Positions 36,883 through 48,340 of a stretch of 64,000 bases of DNA are shown one piece after another (position 1 is the stretch's first letter; each line of letters starts with the position of its first letter). The stretch covers positions 1 to 64,000 of the forward strand of contig NW_003314292.1 in assembly GCF_000143415.4 (NCBI RefSeq), written 5' to 3'. Source of the stretch: Selaginella moellendorffii (lineage: Eukaryota > Plantae > Lycopodiophyta). The notes beneath the pieces were generated by a model, which saw only the letters and a list, made by a program, of their open reading frames with translations, ran no database searches and was not told where the DNA came from. Both the position numbers and the translations under genes were made by a program.

Positions 36883-37695
36883 ATATAGGGAGCTCTAGTT
36901 CAACTTCACTAGAGCCCTCAGTAAAAAAAGGATTGTTATGTGGAGGTGAAAATGGAATGTTGGTAGAACTTGGGGATGGAGGTGGAGATTGATATGAAAT
37001 GCTGGGGGCCAAGTACGAGTAGCAATGGCTCTCCTTTGAGCCATTTCAATACAAACTTCTAAGGAGCTCAAGAAGAACAAAAAACCTACAATGATTATAA
37101 CTTTTTTAGATAGTTTATATACTTAGTTTTAGTCTTGGGAATGAGGTTTATTTATTATGACACTGACAATATTCAGATTCTTTAAATGTCAGTCTTGGAA
37201 ATGGGGCTTTATAATCATAGCTTTCTTGTAAACATAAGAGCTTCTAGAATTTTAGATTATCGTGCATACACATGCTCTATCAGTATGATGAATCCTACTT
37301 TGCTACACATATATTCTTTTCTACACATGCCAAATGTCTAGGGAAATAAATTACAAGGAAATATAGACCACATTATAGTGGTAGAGCACGTTAGCACACT
37401 ACCATTCTCTCATGTGAAATTGCCTTTCAGTCTTGGAAATGTAGATAAAGTTGATTCTTTAATGTGATATTACTTTTGAGTCTTTCGAAAGATTTTGATT
37501 TCTTTTATCATTATTTACAAACAATTCCCAAAAACTTTTAATGAGGATTCACTACAAAATATACCTTGGTCTTATCATATGAGAGGATTGCGATATAGGC
37601 AAGCAATAAAGTTTTTAATATGAATTAATATGTAAATTACAAATGTCATGGAAAGTTTTATGGAGTAGATTTCTTGGTGCTTTTTGCTATGCTGT

Positions 37696-37905
37696 TCATT
37701 TCCTCATTTCTCTTACTCTGGACTGTTGTTTAGAAGTAACAGGAGCATTTTTATCAATCGTGATAGTGGTCTCTACATTCCCAAATGGGTAATAAGGACT
37801 AGGAGTGTAATATAGAGATTGTGGTAGTGAAACAAAATTAACATTCTCACATTCCTTTGCACTACAACTCTTACTCACAGATCTTGTATTTTCCTTGTTT
37901 CCCAT
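37696..37905 (-). CDS. Small ORF homologous to 28830-29087
   Basis: VNFVSLPQSLYYTP...NAPVTS. Confidence 0.4.
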   Translation of the reverse strand: MGNKENTRSVSKSCSAKECENVNFVSLPQSLYYTPSPYYPFGNVETTITIDKNAPVTSKQQSRVREMRK

Positions 37906-38248
37906 CTTCTCAAGAACCCTAAAAAAATCTTTTGAATGAAGAAATAGTATTTACAGCTGTAAAAGTATTCAAAATATTAAGTAGTCAAATCAAATATAAC
38001 AGCTGTAATAGTTGTCATAATAAAATAATATAGTTTTATAAAAGATAGGTTCTCATGAACTTTGTCTTTTTTAAACAATTCAATCTTATAGAAACTTTTA
38101 ACTTAGATATTACGTATTTTAATATTTAAAAGTTTGCTAAAACCTTCATTTTTTCAATTTAGATCTCCTTTGTAATATTTCTTATTGACTATGTTAACTT
38201 GAGTTGACTTGTGTTGAATTGAGCTCAACTCAACTTTGGACCATCCCC

Positions 38249-39400
38249 GAAAATGCTATCCCACTTCGACTTCATTCCAAGCCAAAATAAATGTGTCTCT
38301 ATCAGAACACATGTCCTCAATGTCCTGCACTTGGTGCAATGGACACTCTTACAGAATCCACTGTAAAAGAACATCATCTCTAGGAACTATAGCCCAATTC
38401 CTCTTGACTAGGAAACCATCTCGTATATGGAAGGAAGCACAATCGCATTGGAAGAGGCGTCCCCCTTCAAAACAACTGCACATGCCTTCACTACAAAGGA
38501 GTCGAAGTTAGCAAGCTCCTTAATTTCATCCAGCAAACCATTGGAGAGCTTCCCAAACAAGATAGAGTTCACCATCCTAGACAATGGAGAAACAACCACC
38601 TTTATTGTCTACTCCTTTCAGAAACAGGAAAATTGTCTTAAAGAAAAGTTGTAGATCTTGGAAAACCTAGCAACTTTGCTTTAAACATCAATCTTCCGAA
38701 TTCACAAGTAATCTGCGGTTAAAATTACCCTTTGACTTTTACTTGGGAATCCCTGGGAAATCGGTTTTCATCACCTTAAACCCAGAGCTAAAATCCTCTG
38801 GTGGTTTGGAATCTGCACATCCATTTCCTGCAAAAACTCCAGTCAATGAGCTAGCCGGCCTCGAAGCTCCATCTGGCGAGTGAAAAGAGTGACAAGTGGT
38901 AAAGTTATCCACATGAAAAATCCAAACCATACAGATAATGCCTCCACTCTTTGACCGCAACAACTACAACATACAACTTCCTATCCCGAGTTGGCAGTTC
39001 AGCTAAGTTGCGTCAAACTTGTGGCTTATGTAGGCAATAGGACAGCAGTCTTGCACCAAGACAGCTCCTATACCCTCATCACTCACCTTGTTAATGAAAG
39101 TATGTGTAGCACCAGAGTCAAAGAGGACATTGAGCACTTGGCTATGCACAACTCATTGCACAAACAACTGTACAGCTCCGATCAGTTGATGCAATTCTTC
39201 TTCACTCCTTCAGAAATCTTAGTGACAGCAGTGTCAGCTAGAACATGAGTAGATACATTCTCTCCTTGGTCCACACTGACACCCATGGCCTCACTAGGAT
39301 CAGAAAGAGAAAAGGACTCATGAGCCATACCCTCTGAATGCATAGACTCCATAGCGTGAGCCTTAGCCTTCTACCACAAGTGGCTTATCACAAGCAAATA
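38249..39400 (-). mobile_element. Decayed LTR-retrotransposon fragment (protease fused by deletion to an RNase H piece)
   Basis: Minus strand near 39020-39150 reads VLNVLFDSGATHTFINK and then PIAYISHKF. Confidence 0.5.
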
Positions 39401-40019
39401 TCTGTAGAATATACATGATTGCTTTAACCGCTCAAACGCTTCTTGACACTTTCACCCCACACCAATTTAGCATGCTTGGTGGTGTTTCAAAGAATATCCA
39501 TCAAAGGAGCAAGGAGAAGTCCTTCACAAACTGGCAAAAGACTCCCACCATACCAAGGAAACCCATGCACAGTAGGGGGAACAAGCTAGTCAACGACTAT
39601 CTGAGTCTTTTGAGGATCTTCCCGCATACCATCTCGTGGCACCACATGTCCAAGATAGGTGATCTCCTCCAAGAAGAACTCATGCTTTGACAGTTTAGTT
39701 TGACAGTTTAGTTAGCTTGTTCTCCCTCAATAGTGGCAACATTTGCCTCACATACATCTCATGTTCCTCCTTAGTCATAGGACATCATCAAAGTAGTGCC
39801 TTGCACATGAGATTGCATAACTCTATCAAAAGAACTGTTTGATAATAGTTAGCCTTGGCCATCATATGAAGCAACATCTTTGCTGAGTTAGAAAAGACTC
39901 CTTGAGCATTCCAAAGCTTCAAAACAAGATAGTCAAAGGATCTTAGCTAGCAATAAGTTGTTCTAGCATGGCTAGTTTTCTTTTGATTGATTCTTCTTAG
40001 TTGATTTTGTATTGTATTG

Positions 40020-40290
40020 CCATTCATTGTGATGGAACGATGTACTCGAGTGGTGTCAAAGCTTCAAGGCTGTAGGTGAGCTTGAATGGTGTTGAATTTG
40101 TTGAAACCTTATATGCAGTTTGATATGCCTACAGGGCATCGTAGATGTGATCATCCTAGTCTTTCTGATTTATTTTCACAATTTTCATGAGGATGTTTTT
40201 GAGTGTCTTGTTTGTAGACTCTGCTTAACTGTTGCCTTGAGGGTAGTACAGTGTTGAAGCCTGTGCTGTGAAATGTGTTGTTATAAAAAA
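40020..40290 (-). mobile_element. Decayed gypsy integrase fragment from a different family
   Basis: YYPQGNS*AESTNKTL..AYQTAYKVSTNSTPFKLTY. Confidence 0.6.
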
Positions 40291-42117
40291 TTTCTATTGT
40301 GTCTAAATGCTCAACCCAGTCGTGTTAGTCTGCCGCGACATAGTACCACAGCTAATCCTCAACTTGAGCATTCACGCGTTCAGTCTGCCCATTAGTCTGA
40401 GGATGATAAGTTGTACTAAATTTCATCTTGGTACCAAACAGCTGGAACAGTGTGCCCTAAAATTTCCCTGTAAACCTCGGATCTCTATTTGAGATCATCT
40501 CTTCGGGAAGACCACAAACTCGCACTACTTCATGGAAAAAGAGCTTTGCTGCTTGTTTTGCATTCACTGTTCCCACAATTGGAATGAAATGTGCAATCTT
40601 TGACAACCAATCCACAACCACCATCAAAGTATCATAACCCTTAGATTTTGGCAATCAAGTGTCACACTTTGAAATGGCCATGTCGGTGCTGGAATGCACT
40701 GTAACTTTCTGGCCTGCTTCTCAAATCTGCACTTACATTGCTGGCATATAGGGCAGGAACAGACATAGTCTACTACATCACCTTCCATACTAGATCAGAA
40801 AAATCCCTTTTTCAATGAAGCCAGAGTCTTTCGCTTCCCACCATGTCCCGCTGCCGAAACATCATGATGTTCCCTTAGAAACAACTGTTGCAGATTCTTA
40901 GCAGGAAGATACAATCTTTCTAGCTTATAGAATATAAGCCCATCCCGAACTGAGAAGTGAAGCTTCACATTGGTTCGATTAGCAACTTTTGCCGCTTCGT
41001 TACCAGCGTCCTGCTTTGACAACTCCGCATGGTGTAAGATTGCCTTCGCTAATGGATCACTTCCATATGAAGCCCAAACATCCTCTAACCAGTCTGAACT
41101 GACTGCTGATTTTGCCCGGAATTGAGCTTGACGACTCAATGCATCCGGAACAATATTTTCTTTACTAGGTTTATATATGATTTCAATATCATATCTAGCA
41201 AGCTTCTCTTGCCAATGAGCCTACTTTGGCGTAACCTTAGGTTGCGTAGCAAAGTAGCTCAATGTGTTACTATTTATATAAACCTTGGTGTGTCCACCCA
41301 AGTAATGTCTCCAGTGTTCTAGGGCTGATACTATAGCAAACATCTCTTTCTCATGTGTTGGCCATCTTCGTTGAGTTTTATCCAATTTTTTGGAATAAAA
41401 CGCAACGGGACAACCATGTCGCCTTAGTGTAACACCAACCGCTTTGTCACAATCTTGCTGCAACACGGCACCAATAGCATAGCTTGACGCATCCCAATGC
41501 ACTTCGAAGGGTTTATCAAGATCTGGGATCTTGAGAATAGGAAACATAGTCAATATCTCCTTCAACCATACAAAAGCATGCTGACAAGCTGGTGTCCAAT
41601 GAAACGGAATACTACTCTTTGTCAACTCAGTCAATGGAAGAGCAATTCTTGCAAAATTGCAGACAAACTTGCGATAGTATCCGGCCAATCTGAGAAAGGA
41701 ATGAACATCTGATACAGTGGTCAAAACTTCCCAGGACTTTACCGCTTCCACCTTCTTTGGGTTGACTTCAATCACACCACCACCAACTATATGTCTGAGA
41801 AAGTTTATGTGCAATTGACCAAAAGCACATTTACTTTCCTTAGCATACAGTTTGTGTTCACGCAACTTCTGAAACACCAGCTCCAAGTGTTTCAAATGAT
41901 CCTTCAACGTTTCACTAAAGACTAAAACATTGTCAATATACAGGACAACAAATGCATCCAAATAATCTCTGAATATTCTATCCATCATAGTGCTGAACGT
42001 TGCTGGAGCATTGCATAACCCAAACGGCATGACAAGGAACTCATAAGATCCGTACCAAGTCTTAAAGGCTGTCTTCTCCACATCCTGATCTGCCACCCGT
42101 ATCTAATGATACCCGGA

Positions 42118-44800
42118 TGTAGCGCACATGGTTTTGATCCTTTATCCTATGGTGATTTACCATAGGATAACACTATGAAGCAGAACCTAAACCCTCTTTA
42201 TGCCACATGATACATGCCACGTGTCCAAAGGACAGTGACGTGTAACCCGAGGTTTATGGCCTTGGGCCACTGAACGAAGGAACGGTGCCAAACTGCCAAG
42301 CACGGAGCTAAGGAGCATTAACACTGGAGCACGGAATGACTCCCGAGCATATAACCCAAGGAGCGAAGGAACAGGGGCCTGAAGCGACTTGGAACAGTCC
42401 TAGAGCAACCAACATCCCATTGCTAGGACCAACACGCAAAACGGAGCCAAACGGAGTCTGGCACTATTTCGGCATACTGGTGGCCTAACGCAAGGACATG
42501 GGTACTCTACCAGCTAGCTATGAGACACAAAATCCCTAGGCCCCAAAGTTGAGCCAAAAGAGTGCCACGTGGTAGTGGCCAAAGCGAAAGCCAAACGAGT
42601 GTAACACGTTTGGACTAAAAGCTCCGACTTGAAAGGTCGAGAGTGGGAGTGGAACTCCCAACAAAGTGCTCGAGGAACAAGCACAAAGTGAGCAATAAGT
42701 GAGGCTCCAAAAAAGGGACCCAAAGGACCAACACATGACACGTGGAAGTGAACGAGGTGAAGTCCAAGATGGACCCGAGTTGGAGTCCGAGGTGGAGTCC
42801 GAGATGGACCCGAGAAGGACCTGAGATGGAGTCCAAGATGAAGTTCGAGATGGACCCGAGATGGAGTCCGAGATGGACCCGAGATGGACCCGAGATGGAA
42901 TCCGAGATGGAGTCTGAGAAGGACCTGAGATGGAGTCCAAGAAGGACCCGAGATGGAGTCCGAGGTCGAGACCGAGATGGGGACCGAAACCGAGACCGAG
43001 ACCGAGATCGAGACCAGGACCGAGACCGAGACCAAGGTTGAGGCCGAGACCGAGCCCGAGCCCGAGTCCGAGTCCAAGTCTGAGAGGGTGAAAGCCCAAG
43101 GTGTTCGTCTCCCAAACCCTGGGGGGTTTGGTGAGCTCCAAAAGTATAGTAAGGGGGAGGACTACAGTGGAGCCAGTTTGGCCAAGAAAGGCCAGTTTGG
43201 CCCAGAAAGGCTGTATCTAGTGTTGGGTGATGAGCTACCCACTGGGAAGTCCAAGACTAAAGTGAATGCTGACCGACAAGCAGGGTAACTTGGTGAAGTG
43301 TTCAAGAGCCGGCTCTAGTTCCCCCGGGAGATCGACTGGCTGATGCTCCCAGTCCAGGTGTGGGTGGCACTACCTACTTGGATACCTGGTGTGGCTCAAT
43401 GGAACCTCGCTCTAAGCCCATGGCTAGAGCACCCAAAGACAGAAGGTGGGGAGAGTACCCATGAGGCTCGCATAAGGCGATGGTGTTCCGAAATATTGTC
43501 CCAAAGGCCTAGACTGTGGAAAGGAAGAGGAGTAATCCTCTGGTGTAGTGACCAAGGATACAGTCGAGTGGCGAGGAAGTCCTAGAGGACTGTGGGACTT
43601 AGTGGTCGGGTCTGTGGGCCTCAGTCTAGTGGCAGTGTTGGCAAACACGGCCATGGGCAGAAAGGGACTTGGTAGGGACCAAAAAAGGAATATTGGGGAA
43701 GGCTAATCCCCATATCTGTGGGCATCCTAAGGATGCTAAGGAAGGGATCTGGGATGATCACTTGTGGATGGATGGCCCAGTCCTTGAGAGACAGGACTGT
43801 GATGCAGGTGGTGTCAGACCATTAGTGTGACCAAGGTGAATGGGCATGGTTTTAGCATAACCGGCTGATATGTCGGTGGTACCTTCGGGTGTCAGTCATG
43901 GGATCGGACATGTGGAGCATTTGGAGCAAGTGCAAAGGTTGAGTGGCGGGGATGCCATTCTCAGGGCTAGCAAACCCAAGTCCAAAATAAGACTTATGGA
44001 GGTTGCGAGTGAGACTCCTCCAAGTGGTCGAAGGTGTGGTTAAGTGACTAAAGTAGAATGGAAAATTTAGTCACTTACACTAGCATGGAATGGAACTTGG
44101 CCGGATGCAGAATAAAGATAGGCACACAAGCGGGAGCTAGACTATACCTCAAATTGGTTGGCCATGCCTGACCTACCCACTATCCCTACTATACATTTAG
44201 AACCCCCACAACCCCCCCCCATTGAGGAACACATGCTTTGGGATTTCACCCCAAGCCTCCCTTAGTATCAAGAGTTAATCTCTGGGACAAACTCAAAACT
44301 TATTAAATATGGAATGGCGCTAGATTGTGAATTTGGACATGAGACAAACACCATTATGTTCAAGCCGATCTCTACATTCCGTAGATATGCCAAATGAGCA
44401 AATCTGGACACTTTCCATAAATAGTATTTGGGACCAAAATGAGACTAACACAAAGGGCATGATAGCGAGGGTGTTTGGCAGACACGGTAAGCTATCATTT
44501 AGCGAATATTGAGGGACCAAGCTCAATATCACGGGGGTTCCCAACACTAGTAAGTGCAAGTCAACGAATGAGTTTCTCTAACTAGGTCAAGTATGCTTGA
44601 TTAAATAGACACTTAATAATTCCTTCCTTATGCTCATCTGCTCAAGTGTACACGCAAAAACTAGTTTCTCAACTAGCTTAGGCGGAGACTGATAACAGGT
44701 CTAGCAATACCAACCTCTTGCCATCGTGGTAGTAAAGAAAGAGTGTCCGTAAGGACTAGCCGACAGGTAACTTTCGATACCTAAAGTCACATTTGCGACA
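42118..44800 (-). mobile_element. Solo LTR (2683 bp) inserted in the RT
   Basis: TGT...ACA ends and TSD CCGGA (42113-42117, 44801-44805). Splits LDLWSG|YH. Orientation inferred from the PBS next to the related copy at 48004. Confidence 0.85.
42760..43080. repeat. 12-bp (GAGATGGACCC/GAGATGGAGTCC) and 6-bp (GAGACC) tandem arrays inside the solo LTR
   Basis: Direct reading of the sequence. Confidence 0.9.
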
Positions 44801-44990
44801 CCGGACCACAAATCAAGTCGCGTAAAATACTTAGTCTTTAAGAGTTGGTCAAACAAGTCATCAATGCATGGCAAAGGATAATTGTTTTTAACCGTGATCT
44901 TGTTGAGTGCCCGATAGTCAATACACATCCTTATGGTTCCATCCTTTTTCATAACAAAAAGGACCGGCACTCCATAAGGTGACTTGTTTG

Positions 44991-45582
44991 TGTAAGCAAT
45001 CAAAGGGAACGACTCGAGAACGATCCATAGGGGTTCAAATATAGAGGGAAAGGGCCCATGAACAAGAGTGCACCCCCTTTTCCAATCGGTTAAGGGTCTT
45101 GGGATACTTGGGGTTAAGCGTCCTTGGGTTTGAATAGTACTGGGCTGGGTGACCTCTCGGGAAGTCCAAACTCAGGAGTTTACATTTGGTATCAGAGAGG
45201 TCTCGGGTCCGACTCTGTTGGTTGGCTAGGGGAATCGCACCACATGTTGATTGACATCTGGCTGGTCCAGTTTGCTCCGCTGGGCTCGACCCGAGGGGTA
45301 GGGTGTCAAGAGAGCGGGGCTCTCGGGAGAGCTGCGGCTCTCAGCTTCCGTTCACGAGGGCGTGAACTTGCAGGGAAGCGTGGTGGATTGTAAGCAATCA
45401 AAGGGAACGACTCGAGAACGATCCATAGGGGTTCAAATATAGAGGGAAAGGGCCCATGAACAAGAGTGCACCCCCTTTTCCAATCGGTTAAGGGTCTTGG
45501 GATACTTGGGGTTAAGCGTCCTTGGGTTTGAATAGTACTGGGCTGGGTGACCTCTCGGGAAGTCCAAACTCAGGAGTTTACA
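44991..45582 (+). mobile_element. Cassandra-type TRIM
   Basis: 194-bp LTRs at 44991-45184 and 45389-45582 that look identical. PBS TGGTATCAGAG; TSD GTTTG/GCTTG; 5S-like GTTAAGCG..AGTACT..TGGGTGACC..GGGAAGTCC. Confidence 0.93.
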
Positions 45583-46815
45583 GCTTGGTCGGATATGACC
45601 TTTGTCAAGAAGCTCTATGAGTTGCTTCTTGAGTTCAGCCATCTCCTTGATGTTCAATCGATACGGAGCTTTCATAGGTGGTTTAGAACCCGGAATAACC
45701 TCAATCAGATGATCAACCTCACAGCTAGGAGGTAGCCCTAGTGGTAAATCCTTTGGGAAGATATCCTGATTCTTCGCCAACAACTCCAATATCTTCTTTG
45801 GTATAGAATCAACCCCGTCACCGATTCGAACTGAATCACCAACACCCTTAGCCTCCATCACTTGAACCCAAAAGGTCCAACATCCCCTCTTAGCTACTTT
45901 TTGAGTAGTCAGGAACTTTGCATCCCAATCCTTTGAGGAACGCTTTTGCAACTGGAAGGACACATCGGGACGTCCTTCGGACTTCAACATGATACGACTT
46001 TGTCCAGCACCATAAATCCTTTTTAAATATTTATTGAAGAAGTCCATACCAAACACCATCTAAAAATTTGGTATCTTCAACACTACCAAGTCCACTCTTT
46101 CTTTCCACTTGGATATTTTTATTGGAACATCACTCACAAATTTTCTGGCTACTTGCCCACCTTCCGCAAATCGGAAGTGTATAGGTGATATTTGCTCAGG
46201 ATTCAATCCTAACAACTTAACTAAGTGTTTGGATATCACGCTGTGCATAGCTCCCGTGTCAATCATCATTCGGATTCGGTGTCCACAGACAAAGCCTACC
46301 AAATACATCAACGGATCAGTGTTTGCATTGACTGCGAGAAAAGCTTGAGGAAAGCAACGAAAGTAACTCACCTCCTCTTTCTCATAGTCTACATTGACCA
46401 ACTCGTCAACCCCTTCAGCTTCACCACCACCGTCTTCCCTCATAACATTAACACGAGACCTTGTCTTATACTTGTTGGGACATTCCGAGGACTTATGTCC
46501 TAACTCTCCACAATGGAAGCAATGACCCACACTACCTGTTCCACTAGGAGCAGGTTTTGTAGGTTGCTGCTACTCGTACCCACCAAGAGGAAAAACAGAG
46601 GGCCTAGGACCAGAAGAAGCTGCTGGTGGTTTCCAACCACCACCACCACCTTTGTTAATCGTTGCTTGTGAGCCCCCAGAGCGGAACTTGCCTTCCATCC
46701 TCTATTTCCAATCACCTTGTTTATTCCCAGAATTCTTATTCTTGTCTAAGGTACCAACATATGGTTGCTGATATTGTTCCATGAGTGAATGGCTAAAGGC
46801 AACTTGTTGTGCTGC

Positions 46816-47408
46816 TGTAAGCAACCAAAGGGAACGACTTGAGAGACGATCCATGGGGTTCAAATATAGAGGGAAAGGGCCCATGAATAAGAGTGCATCC
46901 CCTTTTCCAATCGGTTAAGGGTCTTGGGATATTTGGGGTTAAGCGTCCTTGGGTTTGAATAGTACTGGGCTGGGTGACCTCCCGGGAAGTCCAAACTCAG
47001 GAGCTTACATCTGGTATCAGAGCGGTCTCAGGTCCGACTCTGTTGGTTGGCTAGGGGAATCACACCATATGTTGATTGACATCTGGCTGGTCCAGTTTGC
47101 TCCCGCTGGGCTCGACCCGAGGGGTAGGGTGTCAAGAGAGCGGGGCTCTCGGGAGAGCTGCGGCTCTCAACTTCCGTTTACGAGGGCGTGAACTTGCAGG
47201 GAAGCGTGGTGGATTGTAAGCAACCAAAGGGAACGACTTGAGAGACGATCCATGGGGTTCAAATATAGAGGGAAAGGGCCCATGAATAAGAGTGCACCCC
47301 CTTTTCCAATCGGTTAAGGGTCTTGGGATATTTGGGGTTAAGCGTCATTGGGTTTGAATAGTACTGGGCTGGGTGACCTCCCGGGAAGTCCAAACTCAGG
47401 AGCTTACA
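46816..47408 (+). mobile_element. Cassandra-type TRIM
   Basis: 194-bp LTRs at 46816-47009 and 47215-47408; PBS TGGTATCAGAGC; TSD GCTGC. Confidence 0.93.
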
Positions 47409-47990
47409 GCTGCCTCCTTACACTCCAGGTATGTCTTCGGCTTAAACTTCAAAATCTCATTACGAGAAAGTGAATTTAAACCCTTCAGGAAATAATTCCG
47501 AGCATTTTCGTCACTCATATTTGCAATCATAATGCACTTCTAAGCAAATGCATTAATGTAATGCATGAGGTCCCCTCGCTGCTTTAATTGTCGCAGCTCC
47601 GCACAAAGTCTCGAACCAAAATCATCCGGCAAGTATTTCTTACGGATACGAGACTGCATCTTGGTCCAACTTCTAGTCTGCCCTTTTTCAACACACACCT
47701 GGTGCCACCAAGTTTTGGCATGATCAATGAGAAAGGATTGTGTGCACACAACTTTCGTATGATCATCTACATCTGCCGCTATGAAATAATTTTCCATATT
47801 GTAGACCCAATCTTCCCAAGCGCAAGTTCATACAATATGGTACAAAAAGGTAACCAAAATCCATACCCAAAGAATGAATGCGAAGTTTTAGCACCTAAAT
47901 ATGTACCCACTTGGATCATTATTTTCATCTTTACATATGCAACGAGAATAATTACCCAATTTTATTGGATAGTACTCATTAAGACTCATC

Positions 47991-48340
47991 CTCTGATATC
48001 AAATGTAGCATATGTGATTTTCACTTTTTATTCTATAATGATTTACCATAGAATAACCATAAAGCAAAACCTAAACCCTTCATATGCCACATATCACATG
48101 CTATGTGTCACATGCCACATGTCCAAGGACAGCAGAGTGAAATATGAGTTTCTGGGCCTTAAACCACTAAATGAAAGAATATAGCCAAACTCCTAAGCAT
48201 GGAGCTAAGGAGCAAAGGAACTGGAGCATAGAATGACTCTTGAACGTACAACTTAATAAGTGAAGAGATAGAAGTACAGAGTGACTTAGAACACTCTTAA
48301 AGCATTCAACATCTTAATTCTAGGACTAGCACACAAAATC
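47991..48340 (-). mobile_element. Older, decayed LTR end of the same family as the 42118 solo LTR, with a degenerate PBS
   Basis: 48004-48340 aligns with about 42118-42440. It is preceded by ctctgatatcaaa (rc of a TGGTATCAGAG-like PBS). Confidence 0.7.

Larger units (their letters stand above)
13418..38248 (-). mobile_element. MULE element copy B (24.8 kb with nested insertions, about 11.6 kb without)
   Basis: Left end GGGGCGCAGACCATACTTGAGCTC; right end (rc) GGGGATGGTCCAAAGTTGAGTTGAGCTC. Contains a split DDE/SWIM transposase. No matching TSD seen. Confidence 0.8.
40300..47830 (-). mobile_element. Ty3/gypsy (chromovirus-like) gag-pol remnant interrupted by three insertions
   Basis: Gag 47540-47797; CCHC knuckle CFHCGELGHKSSEC; protease IDTGA; RT SPYGVPVLFV..CIDYRALNK..YIDN; RNase H DASSYAIG; integrase H..GH and rve motifs. 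Contains stops. Confidence 0.92.

Noticed and set aside
42514-43288. RS/RD-rich (SR-like) proteins
   Set aside because: All frames are open only because of 6- and 12-bp tandem repeats inside a solo LTR.
45113-45167. 5S rRNA genes (six 5S-like segments)
   Set aside because: Only the internal promoter part is present, and each lies within a TRIM LTR.
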